Below are positions 30,403 to 40,998 of a stretch of 64,000 nt of DNA, in pieces. Numbering within the stretch: position 1 is the stretch's first letter; the number at the start of each line of letters is the position of its first letter. Under the pieces are notes generated by a model. That model saw only the letters and a list, made by a program, of their open reading frames with translations, was not told where the DNA came from and made no database searches. The translations under genes and the position numbers were made by a program. Where the stretch lies: IMG/VR virus record IMGVR_UViG_3300009508_000011, positions 124,001 through 188,000 of that record; one strand, written 5' to 3'.

Positions 30403-30882
30403 TTAAGTTATACTGTTGACTAGCATTCTAAATTCGATAGCCTCGGTTATGTAGGGTTTAAGCGTTCGCCTGTAATAGCTACACCTTACTTCGTCCGTAT
30501 CTTGTAATCTCTCAAGTGTATCTGAAATCTCACCTAATACTTTTTGAAGTTCCCCATCGGCGTTCTTAATAGAATACGGATATCCGTCGCTTGTAGTTAG
30601 ATATTTTGTTAACGATATTTCTCCTTTTTCTCTGCTGATAAATTTAATCTTAGGTAGGTTCTCTCTTTTCCCCATAGCGCTACTTACGGAATAGAGTGAC
30701 TCTACCAGCTTTTCCACGGTACCACATCTTGACATAATGGAAAGTCTATCCAGAGCCTTGGATGTTAGTTCGATACCAACATACACGGGTAGGACTTTCT
30801 GGTTATGCAGTCTGTATTCCCAGTCTACTTTGTCAGAGTTAAAATGTGATAGTCTCCTTTTAAGTAACCATCTTTTAAACAT
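30403..30882 (-). CDS. Hypothetical protein
   Basis: 159 aa downstream of an early-promoter motif. Confidence 0.7.
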   Translation of the reverse strand: MFKRWLLKRRLSHFNSDKVDWEYRLHNQKVLPVYVGIELTSKALDRLSIMSRCGTVEKLVESLYSVSSAMGKRENLPKIKFISREKGEISLTKYLTTSDGYPYSIKNADGELQKVLGEISDTLERLQDTDEVRCSYYRRTLKPYITEAIEFRMLVNSIT

Positions 30883-30908
30883 TTGTTTGTTTTCCTATGA
30901 TACTATAG

Positions 30909-30930
30909 CACCTGAATGATATATGTGTGA
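30909..30930 (-). promoter_or_regulatory. Putative early promoter
   Basis: TCACACATATATCATTCAGGTG on the minus strand. Confidence 0.6.
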
Positions 30931-30951
30931 GATTTATTAACCGGAGTTCCC

Positions 30952-31401
30952 ATGACACACGAAGAACTATTGAAGCTTGTCCAACAGGGTGAGCTGTCTG
31001 AAGATTTAATACTTCAGATAACCCAAGAAACAAGACGTAGTATGTTAGTCAATACTTTACAGGATGGTATTCCTGGTGGTAAAGACATGTACCGCGTTAT
31101 GAAGCTATTGGAAGACATGGATGGCACAGCACTCAACATGAAGAAAATTGAGAGTGATGATGCTAACCAAGATGCTGACCGTAAGGCTGCTGTTATCATT
31201 GCTTCTATGAATAAACAACTAGGTGGTACTAACCCATTCGAAGTAGACCCCAATGAACAGGGTAGACGGGAAATAGATATTACCCCACCAGCTGACGAGA
31301 TTCCATTAATAGAACCTAAGTGTGAAGAAGATGCCATTGGTGTATCTAACTTAACCTACGATGAGTTTGTTACCGAGAATCCTCAAGTAGACGAAGACTA
31401 G
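30952..31401 (+). CDS. Hypothetical acidic protein
   Basis: 149 aa with GGAG RBS. Confidence 0.7.
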   Translation: MTHEELLKLVQQGELSEDLILQITQETRRSMLVNTLQDGIPGGKDMYRVMKLLEDMDGTALNMKKIESDDANQDADRKAAVIIASMNKQLGGTNPFEVDPNEQGRREIDITPPADEIPLIEPKCEEDAIGVSNLTYDEFVTENPQVDED

Positions 31402-32090
31402 ATTATTATCGAGACTTCCTGTGGTGTAATCCACTCGACGCCAAGAAACTCTACTAGTGCTCCGGAAACTTCTAAAGTTGGGTCCATCTCAATGTCTTCA
31501 TCTAATGGTTTCTTAAGAAGCCTTGGTGCTATACATATTACAGATGGAATTGGGGTGTCGAGTAATGCTTCACTGTGTATACTAAACCACTCGTCGAAGT
31601 TATATATACTAAAGCTACACCAGCTACCACGTATTGCCTTAGGGGTTAATTCCTCTGGGGCAATATTAATTATTCCGACTTCTAAATCCTTACCGATATA
31701 TTCACGAATAACTTCTTTAAGTTGTTCGCCTTCAACCATTCCAAGTTTATATGGCCAGATGTTAATGTCAACAGCTACAGTACCAGCCATGGGGTGACTC
31801 TCTGAACCATCTCTAAGGATAGTTATATCAGCTATTAACCTAGACATGTAACCAGACATAACTGAGTTAGTGTGTACATCACCATCTCTACCGCGATACC
31901 AGTAATGCGTATTGAATAGTTCCCTATCGAAATCTGGTATCCACTGTTCGTAGAAATCACCATCTCTAGTCTTCCAACCATTCTCCAATACTACACTTGG
32001 ATATTCAATATCCATCTTAGCCAAGGTTGCTAATCGGGTATCCAGTAAGACGTCCAGACTAACTAGTAGCCTTTGTTCTTGACGCTTCAT
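31398..32090 (-). CDS. Conserved phiKZ-like hypothetical protein
   Basis: 230 aa. The N-terminal LVSLDVLLDTRLATL motif is recalled from phiKZ-like core genes. Confidence 0.65.
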   Translation of the reverse strand: MKRQEQRLLVSLDVLLDTRLATLAKMDIEYPSVVLENGWKTRDGDFYEQWIPDFDRELFNTHYWYRGRDGDVHTNSVMSGYMSRLIADITILRDGSESHPMAGTVAVDINIWPYKLGMVEGEQLKEVIREYIGKDLEVGIINIAPEELTPKAIRGSWCSFSIYNFDEWFSIHSEALLDTPIPSVICIAPRLLKKPLDEDIEMDPTLEVSGALVEFLGVEWITPQEVSIII

Positions 32091-32568
32091 CTAAATCAAC
32101 CTCATCAAAATCAATTGAAAACAGTGCCATTATCGTAATGGCCCATCTGTGTTTACATAACACATCTTTGACCTGCGTAGGTTCTTTACAGATTCTAGAC
32201 CCTAAGTCTTCATCACCGTATAGTTCAGTGATGTCACCTATAAATATACTGTTAGAGTAAGACTCACGTACTGAATCTAGAACATACTCTGTGCCACTAG
32301 CTAAAGATATACGACGATAGGTATTCATAAACCAATCGATAATCTTCTGGTCGCGGTTACGGGCATGTTCCCATGTTTCAACTATACTGTCTTCGGTCAT
32401 TAGTATATTAGGTACACTACTACTAATGATATCAGTGATGAAGTCCTGCACCACCTTATCTGCGGTTACTAGGGAATCTATTGCGATGTTTTCCACCGTA
32501 GCAGTAGCACTAAGTATATGTGCCGCTAGTTCAAACTTTTCCAAACTGACTGTTGACTTGTTAGTCAT
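32059..32568 (-). CDS. Hypothetical protein
   Basis: 169 aa in an operon with the vRNAP piece. Confidence 0.65.
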   Translation of the reverse strand: MTNKSTVSLEKFELAAHILSATATVENIAIDSLVTADKVVQDFITDIISSSVPNILMTEDSIVETWEHARNRDQKIIDWFMNTYRRISLASGTEYVLDSVRESYSNSIFIGDITELYGDEDLGSRICKEPTQVKDVLCKHRWAITIMALFSIDFDEVDLDEASRTKATS

Positions 32569-32579
32569 TGTAATTCACC

Positions 32580-33263
32580 CTATAAATTAATAGGCGATAT
32601 CATCATGCCTCTGAAGAATGCAGATAGGCTCTCGGTTGATTTAACTTTACCGCCTGCCTTAGATACCTGCTCTAAAGAGAAACCGCCTGTTTCATGTGCT
32701 GCTTTATTCATTGCAATGTATGCTGCATCGTTACCGCCACGTACCTTCAATAGTTCTTCGATTGTACTATCTAAGCCCAACGCATATAACACTTGCATTT
32801 CAGGATTAGATAACGAAGAACCTTTGGACTTACCAGTAGGTTGACCAGTTAAGTCATCTCGTGAATCATTATCTGCTGGTACAGACATCTTCTTAACTAG
32901 ATGTTGCGCCTGACGACGGAATGGTAACGAAAGGATTAGGTACTTATGTGGCGTGGTGTACTGCTGACCAGTAGCTGGGTCTTTAAGGCTCAACTGTTGG
33001 AAGAACTCGTACCCCAACTCTTTACCAATTTTGACATTTCTAGATACGCTTAATTTACTAGCTGCTAGATTAGGTGCCTTGATTTGAAGTGTGGTAACTC
33101 CATCCTTTAAGTCTTTCATGAATGTAGCGAATTGTTTATCGCTCATTGACTCTAGACGAGATTTTAATTTTTCGCTGTTGCCCGACTTAGGACTTATCTT
33201 CTCGATATACGACACAGCCATTTCTGTCGCTAACTTACGTGCTTTAGACATTATAGTCTCCAA
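32580..33263 (-). CDS. rpoB: Virion RNA polymerase beta subunit, C-terminal part (phiKZ gp149-like)
   Basis: RRQAQ.L.KK.S, DDLTGQPTGKSKG.SLS.PE.Q.L and ELLKVRGG correspond to the RpoB C-terminal GGQRFGEME...ELLTVKSD region. Confidence 0.85.
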   Translation of the reverse strand: METIMSKARKLATEMAVSYIEKISPKSGNSEKLKSRLESMSDKQFATFMKDLKDGVTTLQIKAPNLAASKLSVSRNVKIGKELGYEFFQQLSLKDPATGQQYTTPHKYLILSLPFRRQAQHLVKKMSVPADNDSRDDLTGQPTGKSKGSSLSNPEMQVLYALGLDSTIEELLKVRGGNDAAYIAMNKAAHETGGFSLEQVSKAGGKVKSTESLSAFFRGMMISPINL

Positions 33264-33289
33264 TAACTATTCGGACTCAAATGATTTGG

Positions 33290-33790
33290 CTAAGCTGCTT
33301 GTGGAAACTCTTCATTAAGTAAAGGTATTAACTTACCCCATCCGAGTTCCTTAACCTTATCAGACATTCTTCTATTTTCATAACTTCTAATAGGTATAAC
33401 TTCCTCGACCGACATGTCTTTGTCCAATCTTACTACAATGCAACGTTTTGATTTCTTGATGGCGTAGTCTATAGCATGTTTAGTGCCTTTACTCTTACCG
33501 TCCCAGAAAGCAATTACCATATCCCCAGCATTTATCATTTCAATGTTGCGGAGTATACCTGCTCTCTTACCAAATTTGTCCCAGTCGGCATCGAATCTTT
33601 CTCGCTTTATACCACGCATTATGGCGTAACGTAACGCAAGTCTATCAATACCTCTAGCGCCACCCTCTAACAGTCTTATATTTCTACCAGTTCTTTTAAC
33701 TTTAAGTAAATCATCTAAGGAGTTGGCAAAGGTATTGAACTCGGTAAATTCTCTAGAGCCTGAGATTACTATATTGAATGTATTATCCAT
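33290..33790 (-). CDS. SLOG-superfamily protein (YspA/DUF2493-like)
   Basis: Motifs IVISGSR, GGARGID, ADW...GKRAG..RN.EM and AFWDGKSKGT.H.I. Confidence 0.85.
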   Translation of the reverse strand: MDNTFNIVISGSREFTEFNTFANSLDDLLKVKRTGRNIRLLEGGARGIDRLALRYAIMRGIKRERFDADWDKFGKRAGILRNIEMINAGDMVIAFWDGKSKGTKHAIDYAIKKSKRCIVVRLDKDMSVEEVIPIRSYENRRMSDKVKELGWGKLIPLLNEEFPQAA

Positions 33791-33805
33791 GGCTGTGTAG
33801 CCTAG

Positions 33806-34216
33806 TTACTTTTCTGGGTTATGTCCCCACAGTAACAACGAAGTGTGTTTTCTAGTTTTATTACCCTTGTCGTCGTATAGTGGACCTTTATTACCAATCA
33901 TTCTGGAGTTGAAGCTAACTTGTCGTTTAGCCCACTCCCACATTTTATCCGTCCACTCATTACGCTTAGTGCGTTTCATTTTAATAATCCACTCTGCGGA
34001 CTCTTGACCAGACTTGATACCTTTGTCCTTAGCTTCTTCTTTACTAAGACCAGCTTCCTTGCCCTCATCAGTTTTCAAGAAAGCTTCTAGTTCCGAGGCA
34101 GACATATTAACTAATTCTTTCCACTTAGTATAAAGTTTGTCCTTGGCTTCATTATCCAATTTTTTCTTTATATTAGAACGCATAACGAAACTCCGGATTT
34201 TAATGTAGGTTTGCAT
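33806..34216 (-). CDS. DUF3140-like protein
   Basis: ELVNMS.SELE.FL.T.E, SG..SA..II and terminal SL..WGHNP.K. The true start may be slightly downstream. Confidence 0.65.
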   Translation of the reverse strand: MQTYIKIRSFVMRSNIKKKLDNEAKDKLYTKWKELVNMSASELEAFLKTDEGKEAGLSKEEAKDKGIKSGQESAEWIIKMKRTKRNEWTDKMWEWAKRQVSFNSRMIGNKGPLYDDKGNKTRKHTSLLLWGHNPEK

Positions 34217-34496
34217 CCAAGAAAGGTATTACCTTATTTCTTAGGTTCATAGACCAATATTCGATATTATCGTTATCGTCCAATAGAATACGAATTTCCA
34301 TAGTGTCTATCTGCAATTCTGACAGACTGGCACGTAGGGTACGATTTAACTGCTTACGAAAATCATCAATGGTAGCACAGTTTCTACCTAGGTTACTAAT
34401 AGTGTTTCCAAACATGGTGGTCAACTTAGGGGAGACTGAGTTAAGCGTACCCAGTAGACGTTGACTAAACTCCACGGCCGGTGTTATTTCGGACAT
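34200..34496 (-). CDS. Hypothetical protein
   Basis: 98 aa with AAGGA RBS. Confidence 0.65.
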   Translation of the reverse strand: MSEITPAVEFSQRLLGTLNSVSPKLTTMFGNTISNLGRNCATIDDFRKQLNRTLRASLSELQIDTMEIRILLDDNDNIEYWSMNLRNKVIPFLDANLH

Positions 34497-34639
34497 TGTA
34501 CATTTCCTTACTTAAAAGGGTTTAAGTTTATCCCTATAAAAAATAACTGTACTGTAATTTATGTACGTATTTTTTAGCGGTATTATATATTTGGTTGAAA
34601 AAATAAAGGAGTCCTGAGACTCCGATATTCAGTTAACGC

Positions 34640-36073
34640 TTATGCTTTTTTCTTAGGTAGCCAGTATGGGTGATACTCATCATTAGCCATTTTGAGTAAG
34701 TCCATAGTAGACAAGAAGTTAAGTGGGTCTGTAGAGCCCTCAAACACCCAGTAGCCACGAGTATTCAATAACACTGACCAATCATAGCCTTTGTCTTTAA
34801 TACGCGCATATAGCTCTTCTGGGGTTATACGATACTTGTCTGCTAACTTGTCACCTTTCCAGATTAACTGCATCTGACACATTTCAGAGGTTATTTCCAT
34901 AGCTCTCTGAAGTAAGTAGTCTGCATCACAGATACCACGAACTGTAGTACGCATCAATTTAACATCGGGATAAAGGTCTAACATGTAACCACGGTCATTA
35001 CCATGGATACCAAAACCCATAGGGTAATTAATGTTAGATACTTTCTTATTGCTACGTAAATACGTAAGTTCAGTAAGTGATGGCAGAAGACCTTCAGACT
35101 GAGATACAACTATCTGGAATGGAATGCCAGACGGGCCAGATTTAGCACGCAGGTTTTGAACCTGAATGATTTGTAAATCTTGGTCCATTGGATTACGGTC
35201 GTTCTCATCCTTAGGGAAGTATGGAGTTTTATCCGCTTGGTTGTGATGTGCCTTAGCGCCTGAACAATAATACAAGTTGTTAGTAAGGAACGTAAAGTTC
35301 TCTGGTACTTTCTTGAACTTGATTTTCTGCTTCATGGTAGCAAGTTTTTTCTGAGGTGGTGCCATTGGGTCTAACGCTAGGTCATCGCCCATGTGCGCCA
35401 CTACAGTAGTATAGATTTGACCTTTAGATGCAACACTAGGCATTTGTCCTAACATACGAGATTTAATTAGGTTATCACGTAGCGCCATTGTGTTCTGGTC
35501 TTTAGAATCTACTTCTGCTTTTGTATTAACTGTTTCAGTAGCATCGAATTGCATTTGTGACATTGAGTCTAGTAATAGTAGACTAGGTACAGTTATACTG
35601 ATAGTTTTACCGTCGATAACAAAAGGAGTTAAGATTTTAGCCTTGTCACCCATCTTGTGTTTTTTCTCTGAGAACTGACGAACGCTTTCCCAGTAATCAT
35701 TAGCCATGGTTGTACCATCTGTAAGGATACAACGCCCTTCAGCAAACAAATCTAATCCACCGATATTGTGCATACGTGAAGCTAGGCTATTAACACGTGC
35801 TGGTGTTTTTGAGTATTCTGAATCATAGGCCATTTCATTAACTTGTTCGTAGCGATTAACTACCGTTAAGTTAAGCCAGTCCGATAGAGTCGACTTATAC
35901 GAGTTACCACGACCACATGCACCAGTGACTTGTTGTAGACCACCGTTTAATATTGACTCACCATGTTTACCGGTGTAGTAGGTACCAATAGGTATGTCAA
36001 ATAAACAACCGACGTTCATCGCTGGTCGTAAAACTGGTACCTGTGGAAATAAATCTTCAGCTCCGAAATTCAT
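34640..36073 (-). CDS. uvsX: UvsX/RecA-like recombinase (phiKZ gp152-like)
   Basis: P-loop GRGNSYKST, Walker B LLLLDS, and LR.KSGPSG. Confidence 0.8.
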   Translation of the reverse strand: MNFGAEDLFPQVPVLRPAMNVGCLFDIPIGTYYTGKHGESILNGGLQQVTGACGRGNSYKSTLSDWLNLTVVNRYEQVNEMAYDSEYSKTPARVNSLASRMHNIGGLDLFAEGRCILTDGTTMANDYWESVRQFSEKKHKMGDKAKILTPFVIDGKTISITVPSLLLLDSMSQMQFDATETVNTKAEVDSKDQNTMALRDNLIKSRMLGQMPSVASKGQIYTTVVAHMGDDLALDPMAPPQKKLATMKQKIKFKKVPENFTFLTNNLYYCSGAKAHHNQADKTPYFPKDENDRNPMDQDLQIIQVQNLRAKSGPSGIPFQIVVSQSEGLLPSLTELTYLRSNKKVSNINYPMGFGIHGNDRGYMLDLYPDVKLMRTTVRGICDADYLLQRAMEITSEMCQMQLIWKGDKLADKYRITPEELYARIKDKGYDWSVLLNTRGYWVFEGSTDPLNFLSTMDLLKMANDEYHPYWLPKKKA

Positions 36074-36157
36074 CTGCTGTTCCTTATAATTTTACTTTAA
36101 TTTAGCTAAATAGCTTTACACATAGGTAGTGCTATTTGAGTATTTTTTAATAATGGT

Positions 36158-37009
36158 ATGTCTAGACACTATTTCACTTGCATCTTAAGGAGCTATACAG
36201 TGGACCACTTAATTAACTTATATCAGCGGGCTTCGCTAGAGGCCCGTGCTGATGTTGAAGACCAGACAATTTTTGGGACGCACCTAGGTCGTTTCATAGA
36301 CGGTCTCAAAGAATACACAACCGGTATGGTTGGTAATGGAATTTTTAGTTTTAACGGACAACTGCAGAAAGTTCGTTCTAAAGAAGATTACATGGCTATC
36401 CGTAGTAAAACGGTTTATCGTCCTATCCATCTTAACTCTAAGGCTACTATGGCTGAGTTAGTGGAATTGGTTAAAGAAAACTTCGAAGCTCAACAAGACA
36501 TTGAGAAACGTATCTTTGGACCATGGCGTGCTATACTTGCAAACTTCTTGACAAACCCATCTGCCCTACAAGCAATATACGATGTTAAAGAATTACACAA
36601 AGGTAAGTTATTTAAACTAACTCCTTTGGACAGTATGGAAAAGAAACTTAAAAAGATTTATAATCCTACTAAGTCTCAACCTACTGATTCATTTGGTAAT
36701 CTTTATCGCAACTCCAATGAATGGACAGATACTTGCCGCACTATGGTTAAGCTTAATGAAGAAGCCATTAAATTCAACTTTGCTGATATCATTTCACAAG
36801 CTGAAGAAATTAATGAACTTGCTTCTAAGTTAGCTGATAACATATTTAACAATCCAGATGATTATCAGGTATCTAACTCCGCTATGGACTTACTTACTGA
36901 AGGTAGTTATCTAATTGGTAAAGAGTTAGAATTCCTTGGTGCCACTGGTAGCATGATGGATTCAATCTCAGGTGCCATTGCTTCCACAGCAGACGTGCTT
37001 AAGAAGTAA
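36158..37009 (+). CDS. Virion (probably head) protein, phiKZ gp153-like
   Basis: 283 aa, helical, located between UvsX and RNase H as in phiKZ. Confidence 0.5.
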   Translation: MSRHYFTCILRSYTVDHLINLYQRASLEARADVEDQTIFGTHLGRFIDGLKEYTTGMVGNGIFSFNGQLQKVRSKEDYMAIRSKTVYRPIHLNSKATMAELVELVKENFEAQQDIEKRIFGPWRAILANFLTNPSALQAIYDVKELHKGKLFKLTPLDSMEKKLKKIYNPTKSQPTDSFGNLYRNSNEWTDTCRTMVKLNEEAIKFNFADIISQAEEINELASKLADNIFNNPDDYQVSNSAMDLLTEGSYLIGKELEFLGATGSMMDSISGAIASTADVLKK

Positions 37010-37010
37010 A

Positions 37011-37056
37011 GACGGCATAAAACTAGGGCGGGGTGACCCGCCCTTGCTTTTTTTGC
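37011..37056. terminator. Bidirectional terminator
   Basis: AGGGCGGG-GTGA-CCCGCCCT with a T-tract on +, and GACGGCATAA on the left. Confidence 0.75.
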
Positions 37057-37443
37057 TTAGGCATATTGACCAAGTGAAAAAGATACTGCGTGTTGAACAT
37101 CATTCTGCATATCACTATAGCGACCGTACCGTAACCATGATGGGATATTATCCATTATCTTGGCTACTATCGAGTCATGCCCACCGTGTAAATCAAGGTT
37201 ATCTAACTCACTACCTTCCCAAATGCCTTTACTTAATGTAGCAGGAAAGTCGAGTGCTTTAACGTTGTGTGATAAACGACATGCATCGTTGAGGTCAGAC
37301 AACTTACACTCTTTGCTTTTGCTAAGGGTGTGTAGATAGGTGGCTGTAGAAACGACTAGAATCATTCTACGCATTTTCTGATTTAAAACCAGACCAAGTA
37401 CGCCACCTCCTATTTGTTTACTAAGTTTGTTAAGTTTGCCCAT
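37057..37443 (-). CDS. Hypothetical protein
   Basis: 128 aa with GGAG RBS. Confidence 0.65.
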   Translation of the reverse strand: MGKLNKLSKQIGGGVLGLVLNQKMRRMILVVSTATYLHTLSKSKECKLSDLNDACRLSHNVKALDFPATLSKGIWEGSELDNLDLHGGHDSIVAKIMDNIPSWLRYGRYSDMQNDVQHAVSFSLGQYA

Positions 37444-37455
37444 ATTAATCTCCGA

Positions 37456-38940
37456 TTAAACTAGACACAGGTTAGAATAAGCCGAAGCGTAAAGTGCTAC
37501 ATCATCTTCAGTCTCGACCACCACTGCGTATCGGATAGTTTGTTTAGATTCTGGCCAAGTAATAACCGTAATGGTTGGTGACTCTTTAGCCATTGCAGTT
37601 AACATATTCTTGGTCGGTGCATCCATACCAACTGTAAGCACTACATCCTTTGTACCACTGCGCTTACCTGACTTCCAGCCAACAGGAACAGTTAGGAATT
37701 TCGCATTTTCTACGATATCCTTACTTGGGACAAGTTTGACCTTACCTTTAGAATCTTCTTCCGATACATAGAATTTGTCTGTAACATCGGTAGAAACCAT
37801 TTCTGACTTCTTCTTACCCTCTACTCCCTTAGGGTCTAAATACTCTTCTAAGCGGGCGGTGAGGTGGTCTAAAGTCTCTAAACCTATAAAGGCTAAACCA
37901 GGTGGATGTGCAGGGTTCGTCAGTACTTGTTCACCAACTGTTGATAGTGTTGGTACACGTAATCCAACTTGTAGGTAGTCTGCACCGTTATGGTAGATTT
38001 CAGGGTATATCTTAGAACTACGAATTGTATCGAAGCGACCATAGATTGGTACTATGTATTCATTACCCACAGAATCTTGCTTGGTACGTAATGTTTCCAA
38101 TACTTTGTTTTCTTCTTTAAGGAAGACTACTGAGTTAGAAGCATCCGATACACGCTTACCATGAAGTTCATCATCACTGTGTACACCAAACATGTATACG
38201 TTGCGTCCATCTCTAGATAACTGTTTACCAGTGTTAGTGGTGAAGTACCACTTAGAGTGTAACAATAAACGATTGTACGGTGGAGTCTTAGGTTTCTTAG
38301 GCTTGACCGATTTACCTTTGTCTTTGCCGTCTTCTGCTATTTCCAATATTGTTTCATGCACTGGTTCATATACACCAGACCCAGCTAAGGCACCGCCTTT
38401 CTTGGCGCACTCATCAGCCTTATCATTACCAACATTACCAGAATGACCTTTAACCCAAGTATACTTAATATTGATGTTACTAGCATCAATGATTGCAGTA
38501 TCTAACATTTTCCATTGTGGTAGATAAGATGGGGTTACACCATCACCTTTTTTCCAACCACGGGCTTTCCATCCGTCAATCCACTTAGTAGCACCATTAA
38601 GTGCTATTTTAGAATCAGAACGAATTTCTAAATTTTTAATATCTTTATCGATGGCGTAGTTTATTGCATTTGTAATTGCATAAATCTCACCCTCGTTATT
38701 GTCACAGCGACCTTTCAACCCGCCCCAAGATTGCCATTCACTAAGCTTGACAGGTTCAGCAGGTTTGCCGTCCTTGCCTTTAACTACTTCCGTCGTAACC
38801 TTAAGACCTTTAGTGTCAACAGGTTTATCGTAAGTAATTGTCTCAGTGTAAGTATAACCATAATTACCCCAGCCACTCATTGTACCGGGATTCGGGCGAG
38901 CCGAGCCATCTGTATAAATTATGGCGTTTAATTCACTCAT
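37456..38940 (-). CDS. rnhA: Ribonuclease HI with C-terminal extension (phiKZ gp155-like)
   Basis: YTDGSARPNPG, NNEGEIYA, RSDS, W..RGWKK and WVKGHSGNVGNDKADECA. Confidence 0.9.
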   Translation of the reverse strand: MSELNAIIYTDGSARPNPGTMSGWGNYGYTYTETITYDKPVDTKGLKVTTEVVKGKDGKPAEPVKLSEWQSWGGLKGRCDNNEGEIYAITNAINYAIDKDIKNLEIRSDSKIALNGATKWIDGWKARGWKKGDGVTPSYLPQWKMLDTAIIDASNINIKYTWVKGHSGNVGNDKADECAKKGGALAGSGVYEPVHETILEIAEDGKDKGKSVKPKKPKTPPYNRLLLHSKWYFTTNTGKQLSRDGRNVYMFGVHSDDELHGKRVSDASNSVVFLKEENKVLETLRTKQDSVGNEYIVPIYGRFDTIRSSKIYPEIYHNGADYLQVGLRVPTLSTVGEQVLTNPAHPPGLAFIGLETLDHLTARLEEYLDPKGVEGKKKSEMVSTDVTDKFYVSEEDSKGKVKLVPSKDIVENAKFLTVPVGWKSGKRSGTKDVVLTVGMDAPTKNMLTAMAKESPTITVITWPESKQTIRYAVVVETEDDVALYASAYSNLCLV

Positions 38941-39033
38941 TGCTTTTGGCTCCGTTAATCCATACTACTACACATCATAGTACAGTTAAATATTTTTTGT
39001 TCGGGACATAGAGGCGGGAAACCCCGCCATCTA

Positions 39034-39633
39034 TTATGGGTTCAAAACCTTTTGCTCTAGAGCAATGACTTTATCATTGAGTAACGCATTACGTTTCTCT
39101 AACTCTCTACGTTTGGCATAGTCTGAAGTACGGTTGTTAATGTCTATTTCACGAATAGCTTCTAGAACAGGTACGTCCTCAGAAGACACCCTACCCAATA
39201 ACGGGATAGCGTGCACATTAGCTTCTGGTTCACCACCAACAATATCACTTGCCAGATTAGTAATCTGGTTAAGTAAATACTGCGGGTCCCAATGACTGCT
39301 TATAACTCCTAAGTCAACCGAAACAACTATACGTTGTGGGATTGCTTCACCCATGTTAGGGTAAGAGGTTATATGACTATCTGGGATGTACACGGTACTT
39401 TCACCATCGGTACCCAACGCAATAACGTTGATTCCTTTAGATGAATCTTCCAAATACACTGCTCTATCCAGACCTACCTTTTCGTAGACCTCTACCCAGA
39501 CATCCATTCCACGCTCTTCACATTCTTGGAATGTACGAATAGCCTGACACGTATAGTCTATACCGTCAAGTAGAGAAAATGGTTCCTTAACCGTATATCT
39601 ACCTCTAGCATAGATTGTTGGCGTAAGTTGCAT
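39034..39633 (-). CDS. Virion structural protein, phiKZ gp156-like
   Basis: 199 aa, 'TP......G.Y....PF' start, synteny. Confidence 0.55.
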   Translation of the reverse strand: MQLTPTIYARGRYTVKEPFSLLDGIDYTCQAIRTFQECEERGMDVWVEVYEKVGLDRAVYLEDSSKGINVIALGTDGESTVYIPDSHITSYPNMGEAIPQRIVVSVDLGVISSHWDPQYLLNQITNLASDIVGGEPEANVHAIPLLGRVSSEDVPVLEAIREIDINNRTSDYAKRRELEKRNALLNDKVIALEQKVLNP

Positions 39634-39643
39634 TATCTACTCC

Positions 39644-40960
39644 TTATTGAGGTGCTGTTAACTCTACGTAAGAACGTTTAGTCAGCGCATGGTAAAGATA
39701 CCCATTTAAACTATAGGTAATGAACTCACGGTTATTACGGACTGTTTTACTAAACCCTTCCGGTAGAGCAAAATAATCATTGTATTTTTCAGCGTAAGTC
39801 AGTAGACTATAAATCAGGGCAGCTACTTCACGAGTAGGTTCATTCATGCGATGGAAGTCTGTGTCTGTAGTTCTTGTCAGAATGTAATCTGGGAACAATA
39901 CTCCAAACTCAGGGCTTGGTTTATCATCGGCAGGCTCGTGTGGTGTTACAGCCATAACTATACCACGCCATAGCGTAGGTACCTGATTTACCTTTTCGGC
40001 AATATGTACAGGTGAGAAGTTAGGTGTAAAGTCCAAAGCCAGTTGCTTGATACGGTCTGGGTGCACTACCGAACGATATATGTCATCTTCCAGAGGGTCG
40101 TACGATTCTAATACTGACTGCCAGTATGGAATCATTACCATCTCGTTAGGGCTAAAAAGCTCAGGTAGTACCTTTGCCCAAGAAGAACGGTCGTAGTTAC
40201 TCTGTGCTAATATATCACTAACAATTGATTCACGGATAACATCTACGTTATCACCAGCTTTACCGTAAATGACTACAGCGAAACTAATTGGTAAGGTTGT
40301 AATACTAGAAGATTTATCATGCCAAGTATAATCTTCACCCTTGTTAACCGTTGACGGGGCTTCTTTTTCGATAGCCACAATCTTGTTAAGTATAGATGTG
40401 GAAGTAGACTTAGCCAGTTCACCCTGAACATAAACATAATCCCGATGTAGGTCATCGATGTTATCTACTGGGAATACTGTCTCAACATGGTATTCATCAT
40501 ACTGGGCTTGGAATTCAGCATCGCCTAACCATAACTTCCAGCTTCCAGAGTCTGTCACATAACTAACAGAAGATGCGAACCAACCACCGTTCATCTGGAC
40601 TAGGTTACCGACACTGAACTCACCGGTCATCTCAATAAAGTGTCCGGTTATAGAATCAATGTATGATGGTAAGTCAGATGGTGCTAGCTTTAAATCACCT
40701 TGGGACATTACCCATTGAGCGATAGTTTGCATCAAGTCAAGGTCATCTTGTGAGGGAGACGTATACTCAGTTGTCCCGCTCTCATGAGCAGAAAACAAAT
40801 TAATTAATATTTCCGGCTCAGTTGGATTCGGAAACAGTTTGATGTCGCGACTGTAAGAGCGACTTATTTTGCTAAGCTCCCCTATGGGGGCTGTCGCATT
40901 ACTTTCATTGTTGGCATAAGTCGTCTTAGTGACGAAAGCCTTTATTTCTAACATGGACAT
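39644..40960 (-). CDS. Virion structural protein, phiKZ gp157-like
   Basis: 438 aa. Motifs N......GELS..S..Y, W...LPELF..NE and FPDY; synteny. Confidence 0.6.
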   Translation of the reverse strand: MSMLEIKAFVTKTTYANNESNATAPIGELSKISRSYSRDIKLFPNPTEPEILINLFSAHESGTTEYTSPSQDDLDLMQTIAQWVMSQGDLKLAPSDLPSYIDSITGHFIEMTGEFSVGNLVQMNGGWFASSVSYVTDSGSWKLWLGDAEFQAQYDEYHVETVFPVDNIDDLHRDYVYVQGELAKSTSTSILNKIVAIEKEAPSTVNKGEDYTWHDKSSSITTLPISFAVVIYGKAGDNVDVIRESIVSDILAQSNYDRSSWAKVLPELFSPNEMVMIPYWQSVLESYDPLEDDIYRSVVHPDRIKQLALDFTPNFSPVHIAEKVNQVPTLWRGIVMAVTPHEPADDKPSPEFGVLFPDYILTRTTDTDFHRMNEPTREVAALIYSLLTYAEKYNDYFALPEGFSKTVRNNREFITYSLNGYLYHALTKRSYVELTAPQ

Positions 40961-40998
40961 AGCTCCAAGCTGATTAAAAAAATAAGGGAGGTTTAGCT

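Noticed and set aside
13798-33263. RNA polymerase split over several separate genes
   Set aside because: This is the well-described architecture of phiKZ-like virion RNAPs. I saw no intein or intron.
37456-38940. RNase H with a long unexplained C-terminal domain
   Set aside because: Matches the usual ~480-500-aa phiKZ-type RNase H architecture.
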